From the NCBI GenBank assembly GCA_963676565.1, contig OY781089.1, forward strand, positions 1,600,001 through 1,664,000: DNA of 64,000 bases. The letters are read 5' to 3'. Below the pieces are notes generated by a model that saw only the letters and a program-made list of their open reading frames with translations, was not told the DNA's origin and did no database searches. Both the position numbers and the translations under genes were made by a program. Within the stretch, counting starts at the first letter, position 1, and each line of letters starts with the position of its first letter. Shown here in pieces: positions 22,076-34,889 of the stretch. This stretch comes from Halarcobacter sp. (lineage in GTDB: Bacteria > Campylobacterota > Campylobacteria > Campylobacterales > Arcobacteraceae).

Positions 22076-22151
22076 TAGAATTATAAAATCCTACGAAAAG
22101 CAAAATGCTTTAAAAGATTATCCTTATTATAAAGGAAACTAAACTAAAATC

Positions 22152-23414
22152 TTAATAAGTAGATTGATTGTAAATTACAAAATCTCTTGCTAATTCTTTT
22201 AATTCTTGTTTGATTTGAGCTTGTAAGTCTGTATTGTTGATATCATCTAATACATCACAAATTTTATTTGCAATAAATGTAAACTCTTCCTCTTTCATAC
22301 CTCTAGCTGTAAGTGCAGGAGAACCAATTCTAATACCTGAAGTTACAAAAGGACTTCTTGTTTCACCTGGAACAGTATTTTTATTTACAGTAATTCCTGC
22401 ATTCCCTAAAGCGGCATCTGCATCTTTACCTGAAAAATCTTTATTTAAAAATGATACTAATACTAAGTGGTTATCTGTACCATCACTTACAATATCATAT
22501 CCTCTTGCCATTAAAACTTCACCTAATACTTTTGCATTAGCTTTAACTTGTTTTGCATAATCTTTCCATGATGGGTCAAGTATCTCTTTAAATGCTACAG
22601 CTTTTGCAGCCATAACGTGAACTAGAGGTCCACCTTGAATACCTGGGAAAATAGCTGAATTAATTTTTTTAGCAATCTCTTCATCATCTGTTAAAATAAG
22701 TCCACCTCTTGGTCCTCTTAATGTTTTATGTGTAGTTGTAGTTACAACATCTGCATGAGGGAATGGAGATGGATGTTCACCTGCAGCTACTAATCCTGCA
22801 ATATGAGCAATATCAGCAAAAAGATAAGCACCTACAGCATCAGCAATTTCTCTAAATTTTGCAAAATCAATCTCTCTTGCGTATGCAGATGCACCACAAA
22901 CAATAATTTTTGGTTGAGTAATTTTTGCTATTTCCATAACTTTATCATAGTTGATTCTACCATCTAGTTCTACACCATAATAAAATGCTTGGTAGTTTTT
23001 CCCAGAAAATGATGGTTTTGAACCATGTGTTAAGTGTCCACCATGAGATAAATCCATACCTAAGATTCTTTCACCAGCTTTTATTAATGCTGCATAAACT
23101 GCACCATTTGCTTGACTTCCTGAGTGTGGTTGTACATTTGCAAATTTACATCCAAAAATTTCACAAGCTCTATCAATAGCTAATTGTTCAGCTTTATCAG
23201 CAAATTCACATCCACCATAATATCTTTTATATGGATATCCTTCTGCATATTTATTTGTAAATACAGAACCCATAGTTTGCATAACTGCTGGACTTGTAAA
23301 GTTTTCACTAGCAATCATCTCTAAGTGATCAGTTTGTCTTACTAGTTCTGCCTCAACTAAATCAAAAATCTCTTTATCTGCCTGCTCTAAATTAGCATTT
23401 GAAATATAACTCAT
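22152..23414 (-). CDS. glyA: Serine hydroxymethyltransferase
   Basis: [26 protein letters not shown]. Confidence 0.99.
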   Translation of the reverse strand: MSYISNANLEQADKEIFDLVEAELVRQTDHLEMIASENFTSPAVMQTMGSVFTNKYAEGYPYKRYYGGCEFADKAEQLAIDRACEIFGCKFANVQPHSGSQANGAVYAALIKAGERILGMDLSHGGHLTHGSKPSFSGKNYQAFYYGVELDGRINYDKVMEIAKITQPKIIVCGASAYAREIDFAKFREIADAVGAYLFADIAHIAGLVAAGEHPSPFPHADVVTTTTHKTLRGPRGGLILTDDEEIAKKINSAIFPGIQGGPLVHVMAAKAVAFKEILDPSWKDYAKQVKANAKVLGEVLMARGYDIVSDGTDNHLVLVSFLNKDFSGKDADAALGNAGITVNKNTVPGETRSPFVTSGIRIGSPALTARGMKEEEFTFIANKICDVLDDINNTDLQAQIKQELKELARDFVIYNQSTY

Positions 23415-23472
23415 ATAATTGTCTCTCCTATGTTTTGTTTATTTAATTTTTATTTTTTTACAAGAAATGAAA

Positions 23473-24996
23473 TTATTCATTTCCCTCTTCATCTTCAAGC
23501 AAATCAATCTCTTGTTTGATTGGCTTCATAGCAGGGAAAAGAAGTACATCTCTAATACTATGTTGATTTGTTAACATCATAACCAATCTATCTATACCAA
23601 TACCTTGACCTGCTGTTGGAGCCATACCATAAGATAAAGCATTAACAAAATCTTCATCCATCTCATGTGCCTCATCATCGCCACTATCTTTTGCTGCCAT
23701 TTGACCTTCAAATCGCTCAAGTTGATCAAGAGGGTCATTTAGCTCACTAAAAGCATTTGCAATCTCTTTCCCTGCGATAAATAACTCAAATCTATCTGTT
23801 AGATGTGGTTTTTCATCATTTCTTCTTGCAAGTGGTGAAATTTCAACTGGGTATTCAGTTATAAATGTTGGGTTAATTAATTTAGCTTCAACATATTCAT
23901 CAAATAATTCACCTTGTAACTGACCTAAATTCATAGCCTCATTTACTTCAAGATTTTTCTCTTTCATAAAGGCAATAATTTTATCTTTGTCTTCTGTAAT
24001 ATCAGCTGGAACACCACCAATAGTTGTTAAAGATTCAATTAATGGAACTTCAGAAAACTTAGAGAAATCTATCTCTAACTCACCATATGGTAATTTTGTT
24101 GGTAAGTCTAAGTGCTCAAATAAAAACTCAAAATACTCTTTTGTAAGTTCGATTAAATCTTTATATGTTTTATAAGCCCAATAAAACTCAATAGAAGTAA
24201 ATTCAGGATTATGGGTTGCATCCATACCTTCGTTTCTAAAGTTTCTATTGATTTCAAATACTGCTTCAAAACCACCAACTATAAGTCTTTTTAAATATAA
24301 TTCTGGTGCAATTCTTAAATATCTATCAACACCAAGTGCATTATGATGTGTAACAAAAGGTTTAGCATTTGCTCCACCTGCAATTGGGTGCATCATAGGT
24401 GTTTCAACTTCAAGAAAGCCTTTGTTTTCAAAAAATCTTCTAGTTAAACTAATAACTCTAGATCTGATATGAAAAGTTTTTCTAACTTGAGAGTTCATAA
24501 TTAAATCTAAATATCTTTGTCTATATCTTAATTCTTTATCAGTAATTCCATGGAATTTTTCTGGAAGAGGAGAGATGGCTTTTGTTAAAATTTTTAAACT
24601 ATCAACATGTAAAGATAACTCACCTTTTCCAGTAATAAAAGGGTAGCCCCCAACTTCAATTATGTCACCAACTTCAATATTCTTTTTAAAAGTTTCATTG
24701 TAAAAACCTTCAGGTAAATTATCTCTAGCTACATAAATTTGTAAAATTCCACTTTCATCTTCAATCTTTAGAAAACTAGCTTTACCCATCAGTCTAAAAA
24801 ATTTAATTCTACCAGCTACTATATAATGTCTATTTTCATCTCTTTTTTCTTCAGTTTGAAATAGGTCTGTATTTACATTCAAATATTTTGCAATTGTAGT
24901 ATTTCTTGAACTATCATTTGCATAAGGGTTAATCCCTTTTTCTTTTAAAGTGTTTGCTTTTTCTATTCTTTGTTGTATATATTTGTTTTCAAACAA
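23473..24996 (-). CDS. lysS: Lysine--tRNA ligase (class II)
   Basis: [29 protein letters not shown]. Confidence 0.99.
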   Translation of the reverse strand: MFENKYIQQRIEKANTLKEKGINPYANDSSRNTTIAKYLNVNTDLFQTEEKRDENRHYIVAGRIKFFRLMGKASFLKIEDESGILQIYVARDNLPEGFYNETFKKNIEVGDIIEVGGYPFITGKGELSLHVDSLKILTKAISPLPEKFHGITDKELRYRQRYLDLIMNSQVRKTFHIRSRVISLTRRFFENKGFLEVETPMMHPIAGGANAKPFVTHHNALGVDRYLRIAPELYLKRLIVGGFEAVFEINRNFRNEGMDATHNPEFTSIEFYWAYKTYKDLIELTKEYFEFLFEHLDLPTKLPYGELEIDFSKFSEVPLIESLTTIGGVPADITEDKDKIIAFMKEKNLEVNEAMNLGQLQGELFDEYVEAKLINPTFITEYPVEISPLARRNDEKPHLTDRFELFIAGKEIANAFSELNDPLDQLERFEGQMAAKDSGDDEAHEMDEDFVNALSYGMAPTAGQGIGIDRLVMMLTNQHSIRDVLLFPAMKPIKQEIDLLEDEEGNE

Positions 24997-25016
24997 TCTT
25001 AATTTCCTTTTTTCTT

Positions 25017-25775
25017 TTATTCTGATTTTTCTGTGTTTGTTGCTTCTTGTGTTGATTGGGGCATCGGATCATTTTTAATCTCTTCTGCTATTTCGTCAAC
25101 TTTTTTATTTACAGTTTTTTTAACTGCATCAACAACCTCTGTAGAAGATTTAATTGTAGCTTCTTTCATACCTTTTACAGTATCGCTTAGTTCTTCTTTA
25201 ATAGATTTTTGTTTTAATAAATCGTCATCTTCTTCAATTACTTGATCTTCTTTTGGAGTAATTTTTTCTTCTACTTTTTTCATAAAATCACTAGCATCTA
25301 ATTTAACAATAAATCCACCAGTGCTAAGTAAAAATGGGAAAGTAGCTGATTTTGCAACTTTTGTATTCATTAAGTCTTTAAATGAATTAACTTGATATAA
25401 AGCATAAATAATTACTGAAAAAATTAAAAATATTTTTGCACTACCAAAGAAAAATCCTAAGATTCTATCAAATAAACCTAATCCACTTGCTTGGAATATT
25501 TTACTTAAAATAATTCCTGCAACATAAACAATTGCCCAAAATCCTACAAGTCCTATAATAAAACCAATAAGTTTAATCGTTGCTTGATTTTCTAAAGCTA
25601 AAAGTGGAGCAATTGCTTGTCCAATATCTCCAGCTAATCTTGAAGCAATAAAAATACCACCAATAATTCCTACTAAACCAAATATTTCTTTAATAAAGCC
25701 TCTTAAAAGACCTTTTAGTCCAAGTAATACTGTAATACTAACGATAACTATGTCAAAAACTGTAAAATTTTGCAT
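25017..25775 (-). CDS. cvpA: CvpA family membrane protein
   Basis: [18 protein letters not shown], four TMs. Confidence 0.88.
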   Translation of the reverse strand: MQNFTVFDIVIVSITVLLGLKGLLRGFIKEIFGLVGIIGGIFIASRLAGDIGQAIAPLLALENQATIKLIGFIIGLVGFWAIVYVAGIILSKIFQASGLGLFDRILGFFFGSAKIFLIFSVIIYALYQVNSFKDLMNTKVAKSATFPFLLSTGGFIVKLDASDFMKKVEEKITPKEDQVIEEDDDLLKQKSIKEELSDTVKGMKEATIKSSTEVVDAVKKTVNKKVDEIAEEIKNDPMPQSTQEATNTEKSE

Positions 25776-25842
25776 ACATACCCTTCTTTATAATATGGCG
25801 CAATTATAACTAAGATTTTCCAAATAAAAGTTTAATAGCATT

Positions 25843-27936
25843 TTACGAAGTTTTTAATGTCTCTAAATCAAATGATATATAAAAGGTCAAACCTTTTACT
25901 TTTTTATCTTCATATATGAAAATATCATTATATATTGATAATTTACAATTCATATGTTTCACTAAAATTTCTTGGGTCATATAAAGGCCAATACCCGTTC
26001 CTTGTGATTGATGTTTCGTTGTAAAGTATGGTTCAAAGATTTTTTCAATAATTTTATTGTCAACCCCACCAGCAGTATCTTTTATAATTAAAGTATCTTT
26101 AGAAAATTTGATAAAGATAGTTTTTTCTTCTGATTTATTTTTTATAAAGGCATCAATTGAGTTATTGATTATATTTAAGACTGCTTGTTGAAATTCATTT
26201 TTAAAACTATAAAGTTTTATATTTTCATTAATTTTAATTTCTGTATTTATATTTGAGGCTTTTAATCTATCTTTCAAAAGATTTAAACTCTCACTAATAG
26301 CTTTTTTTAATTCAAATTCTTCTTTTTGTTTTTTCTCTTTAAAAAAGTTTCTAAAATCTTCTATTGTTTGAGATAAATAATTTGTATTATCCAGAATTTT
26401 TTCACAAGTATAATCAATGTCATCGTCATCTACAAGTTTTAGTTCTTTTTTTATCTTCAATCCACTTGCTAAACTTGAGATTGAACTTAATGGTTGTCTC
26501 CATTGGTGTGCGATATTATTTAACATTTCTCCCATTGACGCCATTTTATTTTGTTGGAATAATATCCTATCTTTTTCGATTAATATTTGATTATTTTCTA
26601 TTTCATTTGTTATATCAGTTAAAGTTACAATAATATAAGGTACTTTTTCTTCAATATCTGCAAGGTTTACATTTAAAGTAAAGTGGTGGATTTTATCAGC
26701 TTTTTTTATTGCTGCTTTAAATTTTCTTTTATTATTATTATTAAGAATATGTTCTGCCCAGTTTTTACCATTATAATTTTTATCAATCAAATAATTCTCA
26801 TCATTCATCTCAATAAATCTATCACAAATACAATCATATTTTTCTTTAAATTCATCAAGTGATTTAAATTCATCAAAGAATTCAATTAATTGTGCATTTG
26901 CATTTTGTATTTTTACTCCATCTGTGATAACAATAATATTTTTTTGAGAATCTAAAATAGTTTGTGCCCTTTTTTTCTCTATTTGAATCTCTTTTAAGTA
27001 AAAATAATAGTTTATAGCTAAAAACAATATACCTATTAGAATAATAAATAAAATTAAGTTTCTAATTGAACTTTTTTTTGCAGCTAAAATAGAACTAACA
27101 TCTATATCTTTTAGATTTTTTGCTAGTATTATGTAACCTACTATTTCATTTTCAAACTCAATTGGTTGCTGAGTTAAAAGAAATTTTTTATTAATTATTT
27201 TGTGATCATTTATATTAAGTATTTTTTCAATACCCTCATTTTTTACTAAATCTATTAGATATTCTTTTGCATTAAAATTTGCAATATAATAATCACCCAT
27301 AAAATTTTTTGTAAATGGATAAGTTATTTTATCTTTGTATTTTTTATCAGCTAAAATCAAAGTATCAATTTTTTGTTTTTCAAGCATCCTTGAAATAGAA
27401 TTAAAGTGAGTTATTACTTCAAAAATACCTATTAATTCATTGTTTATTAATATTGGAACCATTGATTTAAAAGACATATCATATCTTCCAACACTAATTG
27501 AAGTTTGTATTTTTTTTGTTTCTAAAATCTTTTTAACATCAGGTCGAAATTTAACTGAATCATTTCTGTGATCACTCCAACTTCTGTAAAAGCTATTCCC
27601 CTCTCTATCTATAATCTGAAACCAAACATTTTTAAATTTTGTATATTTTCTTAATTGTAAAGAGTATTTATTTAAATCTATATTTGAACTATTTTTTGTA
27701 AGTATTGAATTAATAAATTCTTTATTTTCAACAAAAGATAACGCTATAGATAAAGTTGCATTTTTTTTATCTGATATTAAAGTTAAAAGATTTTTTTTAA
27801 TATATTCAGAATTTGTATAATATTTTTGAAGTAGTTTATTATTTTGCTCTTTTTGAATATAAAAATTAGTAATTAAATATATTAATAAAGATACTAATAT
27901 AAAAGAAAATAATTGAATAAGTGTTTTTACGTTCAT
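25843..27936 (-). CDS. Sensor histidine kinase (Cache-like periplasmic, PAS-like, HisKA, HATPase); no adjacent regulator
   Basis: Two TMs; IAHQWRQPL, DTAGG, FTTK, GTGIGL. Confidence 0.93.
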   Translation of the reverse strand: MNVKTLIQLFSFILVSLLIYLITNFYIQKEQNNKLLQKYYTNSEYIKKNLLTLISDKKNATLSIALSFVENKEFINSILTKNSSNIDLNKYSLQLRKYTKFKNVWFQIIDREGNSFYRSWSDHRNDSVKFRPDVKKILETKKIQTSISVGRYDMSFKSMVPILINNELIGIFEVITHFNSISRMLEKQKIDTLILADKKYKDKITYPFTKNFMGDYYIANFNAKEYLIDLVKNEGIEKILNINDHKIINKKFLLTQQPIEFENEIVGYIILAKNLKDIDVSSILAAKKSSIRNLILFIILIGILFLAINYYFYLKEIQIEKKRAQTILDSQKNIIVITDGVKIQNANAQLIEFFDEFKSLDEFKEKYDCICDRFIEMNDENYLIDKNYNGKNWAEHILNNNNKRKFKAAIKKADKIHHFTLNVNLADIEEKVPYIIVTLTDITNEIENNQILIEKDRILFQQNKMASMGEMLNNIAHQWRQPLSSISSLASGLKIKKELKLVDDDDIDYTCEKILDNTNYLSQTIEDFRNFFKEKKQKEEFELKKAISESLNLLKDRLKASNINTEIKINENIKLYSFKNEFQQAVLNIINNSIDAFIKNKSEEKTIFIKFSKDTLIIKDTAGGVDNKIIEKIFEPYFTTKHQSQGTGIGLYMTQEILVKHMNCKLSIYNDIFIYEDKKVKGLTFYISFDLETLKTS

Positions 27937-28093
27937 ACCAATTAACCCATCTCCCTCAAGTAACTAATTATAGGGTAAGTTATGTAATTTTTAAATAAAA
28001 TAACTTTTAATTACTTGCATAAAAATTTTAGTAACAAATTAATTGCAAAAACTTTACTAATAATTAATGTTTTTTTGCTAAAATTCGCACATT

Positions 28094-29161
28094 ATGAATA
28101 ATGTAAAAAGATATCCAACAAAAAAAATATTCGTAGGTGATGTAGCAATTGGTGGAGATGCACCAATTTCAGTACAATCTATGACTTATAGTAAAACATC
28201 AGATATAGAAGCTACAGTAGAGCAAATTAGAAAATTGCATTTTGCTGGAGCTGATATTGTTAGAGTTGCAGTTCCTGACCAAGAGGCAGCAAATGCATTA
28301 AAATCAATTAAAGAACAAACTTCATTACCTTTAGTAGCAGATATACACTTCAATCACAAATTAGCACTTATTGCTGCCGAAGTTGTTGATTGTATTAGAA
28401 TTAATCCAGGAAATATAGGAAATAAACAAAGGGTAGCAGAAGTAGTTCGTGCTTGTAAAGAAAGAAATCTTCCTATTAGAATTGGTGTAAATTGTGGTTC
28501 CCTTGAAGCTCAGTTTGAAAATAAATATGGACAAACTCCAAAAGGTATGGTTGAAAGCGCTGATTATAATATCAAATATCTTGAAGATTTAGGTTTTGAT
28601 GATATAAAAGTTTCATTGAAAGCTAGTGATGTTCAAAGAACAGTTGAAGCTTATAGAATGTTAAGACCAATGAATAATTATCCTTTCCATTTAGGTGTTA
28701 CTGAAGCTGGGACTATTTTTCACTCAACTATAAAATCATCAATTGCCTTAGGAAGTTTACTTCTTGATGGTATTGGGGATACAATGAGAATCTCAATTAC
28801 TGGAGAACTTGAAAAAGAGATTGAAGTAGGCCGAGCTATATTAAAAGATGCTGGGCTTACAAAAGAGGGACTTAATATTATATCTTGTCCAACTTGTGGG
28901 AGAATTGAAGCTGATTTAGTAACTGCAGTTGCCGAAGTTGAAGAGAAAACGAAACATATTAAAAAACCTTTAAATGTATCAGTTATGGGATGTGTTGTAA
29001 ATGCCTTAGGTGAAGCAAAAGCTGCCGATGTTGCTATTGCTTACGGAAAAGGTGTTGGTCTTATTATTAAAAAAGGTGAGACAATAGCAAAGCTTCCAAC
29101 AGATCAACTTCTTAATAGATTTTTAGAAGAGGTTGAGGCAGAAGCTAAAAAAGAGGATTAA
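28094..29161 (+). CDS. ispG: (E)-4-hydroxy-3-methylbut-2-enyl-diphosphate synthase
   Basis: [33 protein letters not shown]. Confidence 0.98.
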   Translation: MNNVKRYPTKKIFVGDVAIGGDAPISVQSMTYSKTSDIEATVEQIRKLHFAGADIVRVAVPDQEAANALKSIKEQTSLPLVADIHFNHKLALIAAEVVDCIRINPGNIGNKQRVAEVVRACKERNLPIRIGVNCGSLEAQFENKYGQTPKGMVESADYNIKYLEDLGFDDIKVSLKASDVQRTVEAYRMLRPMNNYPFHLGVTEAGTIFHSTIKSSIALGSLLLDGIGDTMRISITGELEKEIEVGRAILKDAGLTKEGLNIISCPTCGRIEADLVTAVAEVEEKTKHIKKPLNVSVMGCVVNALGEAKAADVAIAYGKGVGLIIKKGETIAKLPTDQLLNRFLEEVEAEAKKED

Positions 29162-30267
29162 TTTTTAAAAAGATATTTAAAAAGTTTTAAAGTAGCTTGA
29201 CCTTTAGTTAAAGGTTTAGCTGTCCCCTCCCAATATGCTAATCCTCTTCTTTGCAGTTTTTCATTTTGAAAAAATTTAATTAATTTATTCGTCATAAAAT
29301 CGAAACTTAAAAATATTTTTTGCATTATTTTAAAAAAATCAAACCTTTTACGAAATTTTTTATTCCATTCTTTTTCATAAAAATAAGGATCTTCTTTTAT
29401 TATGGCATCGGCTAAAATGTCAGCAGATTTTATTGCATAATATATACCTTCATAGGTAAATGGTAAAACTTGTCCAGCAGCATCACCAACGAAAAAAACG
29501 TTATTTTTGAAAAATATATCATCTTTTTTCCAAATTGGTATAAAAAAGCCATTTACTTTTGTTTCATCATTTTTAATAATCTTTTTTTTGAATATTGGGA
29601 AAAGTTTTTTTGCATTTGTTCCTTCTTTTAATCCTGCACCAATAGAGAGTTTATTACCATGGGGGAATACCCAAGCGTATTCATTTGGGGCATAGTTTTT
29701 ACCAAAATAAAATTCACAAAAATCAATATTCTTATTTGGGATATTACAGTAGTTTGTTAATATTGAATCTACTGTAGAATTAAATAAATCCTTTCTTACA
29801 CTTGATTTTACACCGTCTGCCCCTATTAAATATTTTGTTTTTATAATTAGAGTTTTATTTTTTGTTTCTATTTTAACTAGGTAATAGTTTTCTTTCTTTT
29901 CTGCTTTTTTATATCTTCCTTCTATTAAAATAGTTCCAGCTTCTTTTGCTAATTCTCTATTTTTTTTGTCAAACTCTTGTCTTAATACAATAGAGATTGG
30001 TGTTTTTGAAATATCAACTTCAACACTATAATTTGGTGAATAAAGTTTACATACATTGATTTTTTTATTTTCATACTCTTTTGGTAAATCAAACTCATCA
30101 AATACAATTGATTTTACTCCACCTCCACAAGGTTTGTCATAATTGAGATTTTTTTCTACTAGAATATTATCAATACTATTTTTTGATAACTTTCTAGCTA
30201 AAGTTGAGCCAGAAGGTCCACCTCCTATTATTAGACATTTCGTAGAAAGCTCATATTGGTTTTTCAT
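29158..30267 (-). CDS. Geranylgeranyl reductase family FAD oxidoreductase
   Basis: GGGPSG, KPCGGG, GADG, YAWVFP, VGDAAG..P..YEGIY. Confidence 0.88.
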   Translation of the reverse strand: MKNQYELSTKCLIIGGGPSGSTLARKLSKNSIDNILVEKNLNYDKPCGGGVKSIVFDEFDLPKEYENKKINVCKLYSPNYSVEVDISKTPISIVLRQEFDKKNRELAKEAGTILIEGRYKKAEKKENYYLVKIETKNKTLIIKTKYLIGADGVKSSVRKDLFNSTVDSILTNYCNIPNKNIDFCEFYFGKNYAPNEYAWVFPHGNKLSIGAGLKEGTNAKKLFPIFKKKIIKNDETKVNGFFIPIWKKDDIFFKNNVFFVGDAAGQVLPFTYEGIYYAIKSADILADAIIKEDPYFYEKEWNKKFRKRFDFFKIMQKIFLSFDFMTNKLIKFFQNEKLQRRGLAYWEGTAKPLTKGQATLKLFKYLFKN

Positions 30268-30375
30268 TTTTCACCTTATAAATTAAGTTTTTTATTCTAA
30301 GGCAAAGCATCTAAAATTAACTTGAAGATAATCACTCTTTAGCTATAATTTTTAGCTTATAAAAATGGAGATTTA

Positions 30376-31815
30376 ATGGATAGTGTATATAGTATAAATA
30401 TTGAAAGAGCAGTTTTAAGTTCAATTCTTTTTAATCCTGAAGAGTTAGAAGATGTATTAGGTGTTTTAAAACCAAAAGATTTTTATCTGCCTGCTCACCA
30501 AAAGATTTTTGCAGTGATGATAAAACTACATGATTTGGCAATGCCAATTGATGAAGAGTTTATTAGAAAAAGAGTTAATCCAAAAGAAGTTGATGATTCA
30601 ATTTTATTAGAAATTTTATCTGCAAATCCAATAACTAATACGCTAGCATATGTAAGAGAGATTAAAGATGGTTCTGTAAAAAGAGAACTTACAACTTTAG
30701 CAACCACAATAAAAAAAGTTTCACTTGAAGAAGAAACCTCTGCAAATGATGCTTTAGATGTTGTACAAAGTGAACTTTATAAAATATCAACTGATAGTGC
30801 AACTTCTGAATTAAAACATATGGAGACAATCACTTCTGATACTCTTTCATATATTGAAAAAATGAAAAAACTTGGAAATCAACACCTTACAGGTAGACCA
30901 ACAGGTTTTTATGATTTAGATAAAAGAACAACAGGATTTAATGAAGGTGACTTAATTATCTTAGCAGCTAGACCAGCTATGGGTAAAACAGCCCTTGTAT
31001 TAAATATGGCATTAGCAAATGTCGAAGCTGGTAATGGTGTTATATTTTTCTCACTAGAGATGCCAGCAGAACAATTGATGTTAAGGATGCTTGCTGCTAA
31101 AACATCAATTCCTTTACAAAACTTAAGAAAAGGTGATTTAGATGATAAGCAATGGACAGATTTAACAAATGCCTTTGAAGATTTAAATACAAAAAAACTA
31201 TTTGTTGATGATGGTGGTAGTGTTAATATTAATCAATTAAGAGCAAGGGTTAGAAAATTAGCTCAAAATGAAGCCAATAATATCTCAATGGTAGTTATCG
31301 ATTACCTTCAACTTATGCAAGGGACAGGTAATAAAGATAGACACCAAGAAGTTTCTGATATCTCAAGGGGACTTAAGATGTTGGCAAGGGAGATGAAAAT
31401 CCCAATTATTGCACTTTCACAGCTTAATAGGGGACTTGAAAATAGACCTGATAAAAGACCAATGTTAAGTGACCTTCGAGAATCTGGTGCTATTGAACAG
31501 GATGCGGATATTATTATGTTCGTATATAGAGATGATGTTTATAAAGAAAGGGAAGAAGCAAGAAAAGAAAAAGAAGCTAAAGATAAAGGTGAAGAGTATA
31601 AGTCTAAGTTTGTAAATAAGCCAGTTGAAGAAGCAGAAATAATAATTGGAAAACAAAGAAATGGTCCAATTGGAACTGTAAAACTTGATTTCCAAAAACA
31701 ATATACAAGATTTGTTAATAAAGATAATCCAAATGAAGCACCAATAGAGGTGGTTTTTGAATCAATTTCAGATACAGGAAAAGAAACACAAATAGATGTA
31801 CCAGACATATTATAA
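30376..31815 (+). CDS. dnaB: Replicative DNA helicase
   Basis: AARPAMGKT, FSLEM, IDYLQ, DLRESGAIEQDAD, KQRNGP. Confidence 0.99.
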   Translation: MDSVYSINIERAVLSSILFNPEELEDVLGVLKPKDFYLPAHQKIFAVMIKLHDLAMPIDEEFIRKRVNPKEVDDSILLEILSANPITNTLAYVREIKDGSVKRELTTLATTIKKVSLEEETSANDALDVVQSELYKISTDSATSELKHMETITSDTLSYIEKMKKLGNQHLTGRPTGFYDLDKRTTGFNEGDLIILAARPAMGKTALVLNMALANVEAGNGVIFFSLEMPAEQLMLRMLAAKTSIPLQNLRKGDLDDKQWTDLTNAFEDLNTKKLFVDDGGSVNINQLRARVRKLAQNEANNISMVVIDYLQLMQGTGNKDRHQEVSDISRGLKMLAREMKIPIIALSQLNRGLENRPDKRPMLSDLRESGAIEQDADIIMFVYRDDVYKEREEARKEKEAKDKGEEYKSKFVNKPVEEAEIIIGKQRNGPIGTVKLDFQKQYTRFVNKDNPNEAPIEVVFESISDTGKETQIDVPDIL

Positions 31816-31897
31816 AATATAAAAATATATTATTTTATTATCTTTATTTAAGAAACCTAAATATATAATTTAAAAATTTACTTTTAAAGGATATATT

Positions 31898-32290
31898 ATG
31901 AAAAAAGGTTTCTCTCTTTTGGAACTAATCTTCGCCATTGTTGTTATTGGAATAATCGCATCTTTTGCAATACCAAAATATCTAGACACAAGAGATGAAG
32001 CAGTTGCTTCAACTATTCAAAGGGATTTAGCAACAGCTACCACTTCTATTCAAACTTATTACTTGACTAAAAGAAGTATTTCTGATATTTCAGAGGCTGT
32101 TCAATTAAATACTAAAAATTGGGCTTTAGATAATAATAAGTTAAAAATCACTTCAACAAATGCAAATGATTGTGCTTCTTTGGAAGTAAAAGATTCGCAA
32201 ATTGTAATTACTATCTCAAAAGATGCTGATGATATTTGTGAAAAATTAAATGAATTAGGTATTGAAAGTACTACAATAAAACTAATCTAA
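31898..32290 (+). CDS. Prepilin-type (type II secretion/competence) pseudopilin
   Basis: MKKG|FSLLE class III signal. Confidence 0.88.
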   Translation: MKKGFSLLELIFAIVVIGIIASFAIPKYLDTRDEAVASTIQRDLATATTSIQTYYLTKRSISDISEAVQLNTKNWALDNNKLKITSTNANDCASLEVKDSQIVITISKDADDICEKLNELGIESTTIKLI

Positions 32291-32295
32291 ACTAT

Positions 32296-32321
32296 AAGAG
32301 TATAGTTTTGACTATACTCTT
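32296..32321 (+). terminator. Intrinsic terminator
   Basis: AAGAGTATAGT-tttg-ACTATACTCTT. Confidence 0.7.
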
Positions 32322-32423
32322 TACTTAAAAACCATTCTAAAGACAAATCTATTATACAAACATAATAATTTATTCGATAAAATATTCAACCTTACAGAAT
32401 ATTACAAAGAAAAGAGATATAGT

Positions 32424-32966
32424 ATGATTTTAAGTCAAGCTGATAAAGAACTAATTAACAACTCAATTAGAGATGTTAAAGATTTCCCAAAAGAAGGGAT
32501 TGTATTTAAAGATATAACTACTTTATTAAATAATAAAGTTGCCTTCCAAACCTTAATGAACCACTTAGAAGAAAGATATAAAACTTATGATTTAGATTAT
32601 GTTGCAGGTATTGATTCAAGAGGTTTTATATTTGGAGCTGCTTTAGCTGATAGACTTAATATTGGTTTTGTTCCAGTTAGGAAGAAGGGGAAATTACCTT
32701 CTACAACAGTTTGCGAAAAGTATGAATTAGAATATGGTTTTGATGAGGTTGAAATTCATTTAGATGCATTTCCAATTGATAATGCAAATGTATTATTAAT
32801 AGATGATTTAATAGCAACAGGTGGGACTGCAAATGCTTCTGCAAAATTAATTAAAGATGTAAAAGCGAATTTGGTTGAAACTTGTTTCTTAATTAACCTT
32901 ACATTTTTGGATGGTGTTAAAAGATTAGAACAACATGCGCCAGTATATACAATATTAGATATTTAA
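32424..32966 (+). CDS. apt: Adenine phosphoribosyltransferase
   Basis: [30 protein letters not shown]. Confidence 0.97.
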   Translation: MILSQADKELINNSIRDVKDFPKEGIVFKDITTLLNNKVAFQTLMNHLEERYKTYDLDYVAGIDSRGFIFGAALADRLNIGFVPVRKKGKLPSTTVCEKYELEYGFDEVEIHLDAFPIDNANVLLIDDLIATGGTANASAKLIKDVKANLVETCFLINLTFLDGVKRLEQHAPVYTILDI

Positions 32967-32979
32967 AAAGAGATTATAA

Positions 32980-34194
32980 ATGAAAAAAGATTTTTACATA
33001 CCAAAAACATCAATCTTTGATCCAGATAGTAATGGTCATTTTGGGATTTTTGGAGGAAGGTACGTTCCTGAAACATTGATGCCAATTTTAAAAGAACTAG
33101 AAGATGAATATAAAAAATATAGACATGATGAAGAGTTTTGGAAAGAGGTTGATGGATATTTAAAAGATTATGTTGGAAGAGAAAATCCACTTTATCTTGC
33201 AAAAAATATAAGTGAAGAGATTGGCGCAAAAGTTTATTTAAAAAGAGAAGATTTAAACCATACAGGAGCTCACAAAGTAAATAACGTAATTGCTCAAGGA
33301 TTACTTGCAAAGAAACTTGGGAAGAAAAAAGTAATTGCTGAAACAGGAGCAGGTCAACATGGTGTTGCAAGTGCTACTATTGCAGCACTTCTTGGTCTTG
33401 AATGTACAGTTTTTATGGGAGCAAAGGATGTAGCTAGACAAGAGCTAAATGTATTTAGAATGAAACTACTTGGAGCAAAGGTGGTTGCAGTTGAATCTGG
33501 TAGTAAAACATTAAAAGATGCTATGAATGATGCAATTAGATATTGGGTTACAAATGCTAGAGATACTTTTTATATAATTGGAACAGTTGCAGGACCACAC
33601 CCTTATCCCGTTATGGTTAGAGATTTCCAAGCAATTATTGGTTATGAAGCAAGGGCTCAAATTCTAAAAAAAGAGGGTAGATTACCAGACTATGTTGTTG
33701 CTTGTATTGGTGGTGGATCTAATGCAATTGGTATGTTCTCTCATTTCCTAGAAGATAAAGAAACAACTTGCGTAGGGATTGAAGCTGGAGGATTAGGACT
33801 TAATACAGACAAACATGGTTGTTCTTTAGAAAAAGGAAGTCCTGGAGTTTTACATGGTCAATGTTCATATCTACTACAAGATGAAAATGGTCAAGTTTTA
33901 GAAGCACACTCTATTAGTGCTGGGCTTGATTATCCAGGAATTGGACCAGAACACTCTTTTCATAAAGACAATAAAACTGTTCAATACGATTCTATTACAG
34001 ATAAAGAAGCTTTAGATGCCTTTGTATGGTTATCTCAAAAAGAGGGAATTATTCCAGCTTTTGAAAGTGCCCATGCAATTGCATATTTAAAAAAGGCAAA
34101 AGAGAAATTAAAAGATAAAATAATAATTATAAATCTTTCTGGACGTGGTGATAAAGATATGGTTCAAGCAAAAGAACTATTAGATTTTGATTAA
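32980..34194 (+). CDS. trpB: Tryptophan synthase beta chain
   Basis: [33 protein letters not shown]. Confidence 0.98.
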   Translation: MKKDFYIPKTSIFDPDSNGHFGIFGGRYVPETLMPILKELEDEYKKYRHDEEFWKEVDGYLKDYVGRENPLYLAKNISEEIGAKVYLKREDLNHTGAHKVNNVIAQGLLAKKLGKKKVIAETGAGQHGVASATIAALLGLECTVFMGAKDVARQELNVFRMKLLGAKVVAVESGSKTLKDAMNDAIRYWVTNARDTFYIIGTVAGPHPYPVMVRDFQAIIGYEARAQILKKEGRLPDYVVACIGGGSNAIGMFSHFLEDKETTCVGIEAGGLGLNTDKHGCSLEKGSPGVLHGQCSYLLQDENGQVLEAHSISAGLDYPGIGPEHSFHKDNKTVQYDSITDKEALDAFVWLSQKEGIIPAFESAHAIAYLKKAKEKLKDKIIIINLSGRGDKDMVQAKELLDFD

Positions 34195-34202
34195 GAGTTT
34201 TA

Positions 34203-34889
34203 ATGTTAGAAAAATTACAAAATAATTCAGGGAAAATACTCTTTTTAGTTGTTTTACTTTTTGTAATCTTTTTAGGTTACAATTTGTATCAAGCTCCTGT
34301 AGAAGGTTTAGAAAATAAATTTTTATATTTACTAAAAACTTATGGTTATATTATACTTTTTGCATGGAGTATATTAGAGGGTGAAGCAGGTCTTATAATG
34401 GCTGGACTGTTATCTCATACTGGTGATATGAACCTTTATTTTGCAGTTTTTGTTGCAGGGCTTGGTGGTTTCGCAGGGGATCAGATATACTTTTATACAG
34501 GAAGATTTAATAAATCTTATGTTCATAAAAAGTTTAAAGGGCAAAGAAGAAAATTTGCCTTAGCACACTTACTTTTAGTAAAATATGGTTGGCCAATTAT
34601 TTTTATTCAAAGATATATGTATGGTATGAGAACAATTATTCCTATTTCAATTGGTCTTACAAGATATAGTGCAAAAATGTTTGCTTTTATAAATTTAATT
34701 AGTGCTTGGTGTTGGGCTGCAATTACTATTGTACCTGCATGGTATTTTGGTGAAGAGATTTTAGTAGTATTAAAATGGGTAAAAGATCATTGGTATTACG
34801 CAGCACCATTTGGAATATTTATTGGTGGAAGTATAATTTATTATTTCCATAGTGTAACTAAGAAAAAGGAGAAAAACTTTGAAGGTTAA
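34203..34889 (+). CDS. DedA family membrane protein
   Basis: LEGE, GDQIYF..GR, QRYMYGMR. Confidence 0.9.
   Translation: MLEKLQNNSGKILFLVVLLFVIFLGYNLYQAPVEGLENKFLYLLKTYGYIILFAWSILEGEAGLIMAGLLSHTGDMNLYFAVFVAGLGGFAGDQIYFYTGRFNKSYVHKKFKGQRRKFALAHLLLVKYGWPIIFIQRYMYGMRTIIPISIGLTRYSAKMFAFINLISAWCWAAITIVPAWYFGEEILVVLKWVKDHWYYAAPFGIFIGGSIIYYFHSVTKKKEKNFEG

Noticed and set aside
22078..22150. Small hairpins downstream of glyA as an sRNA
   Set aside because: Stems of about 5 bp in AT-rich DNA are not distinguishable from chance
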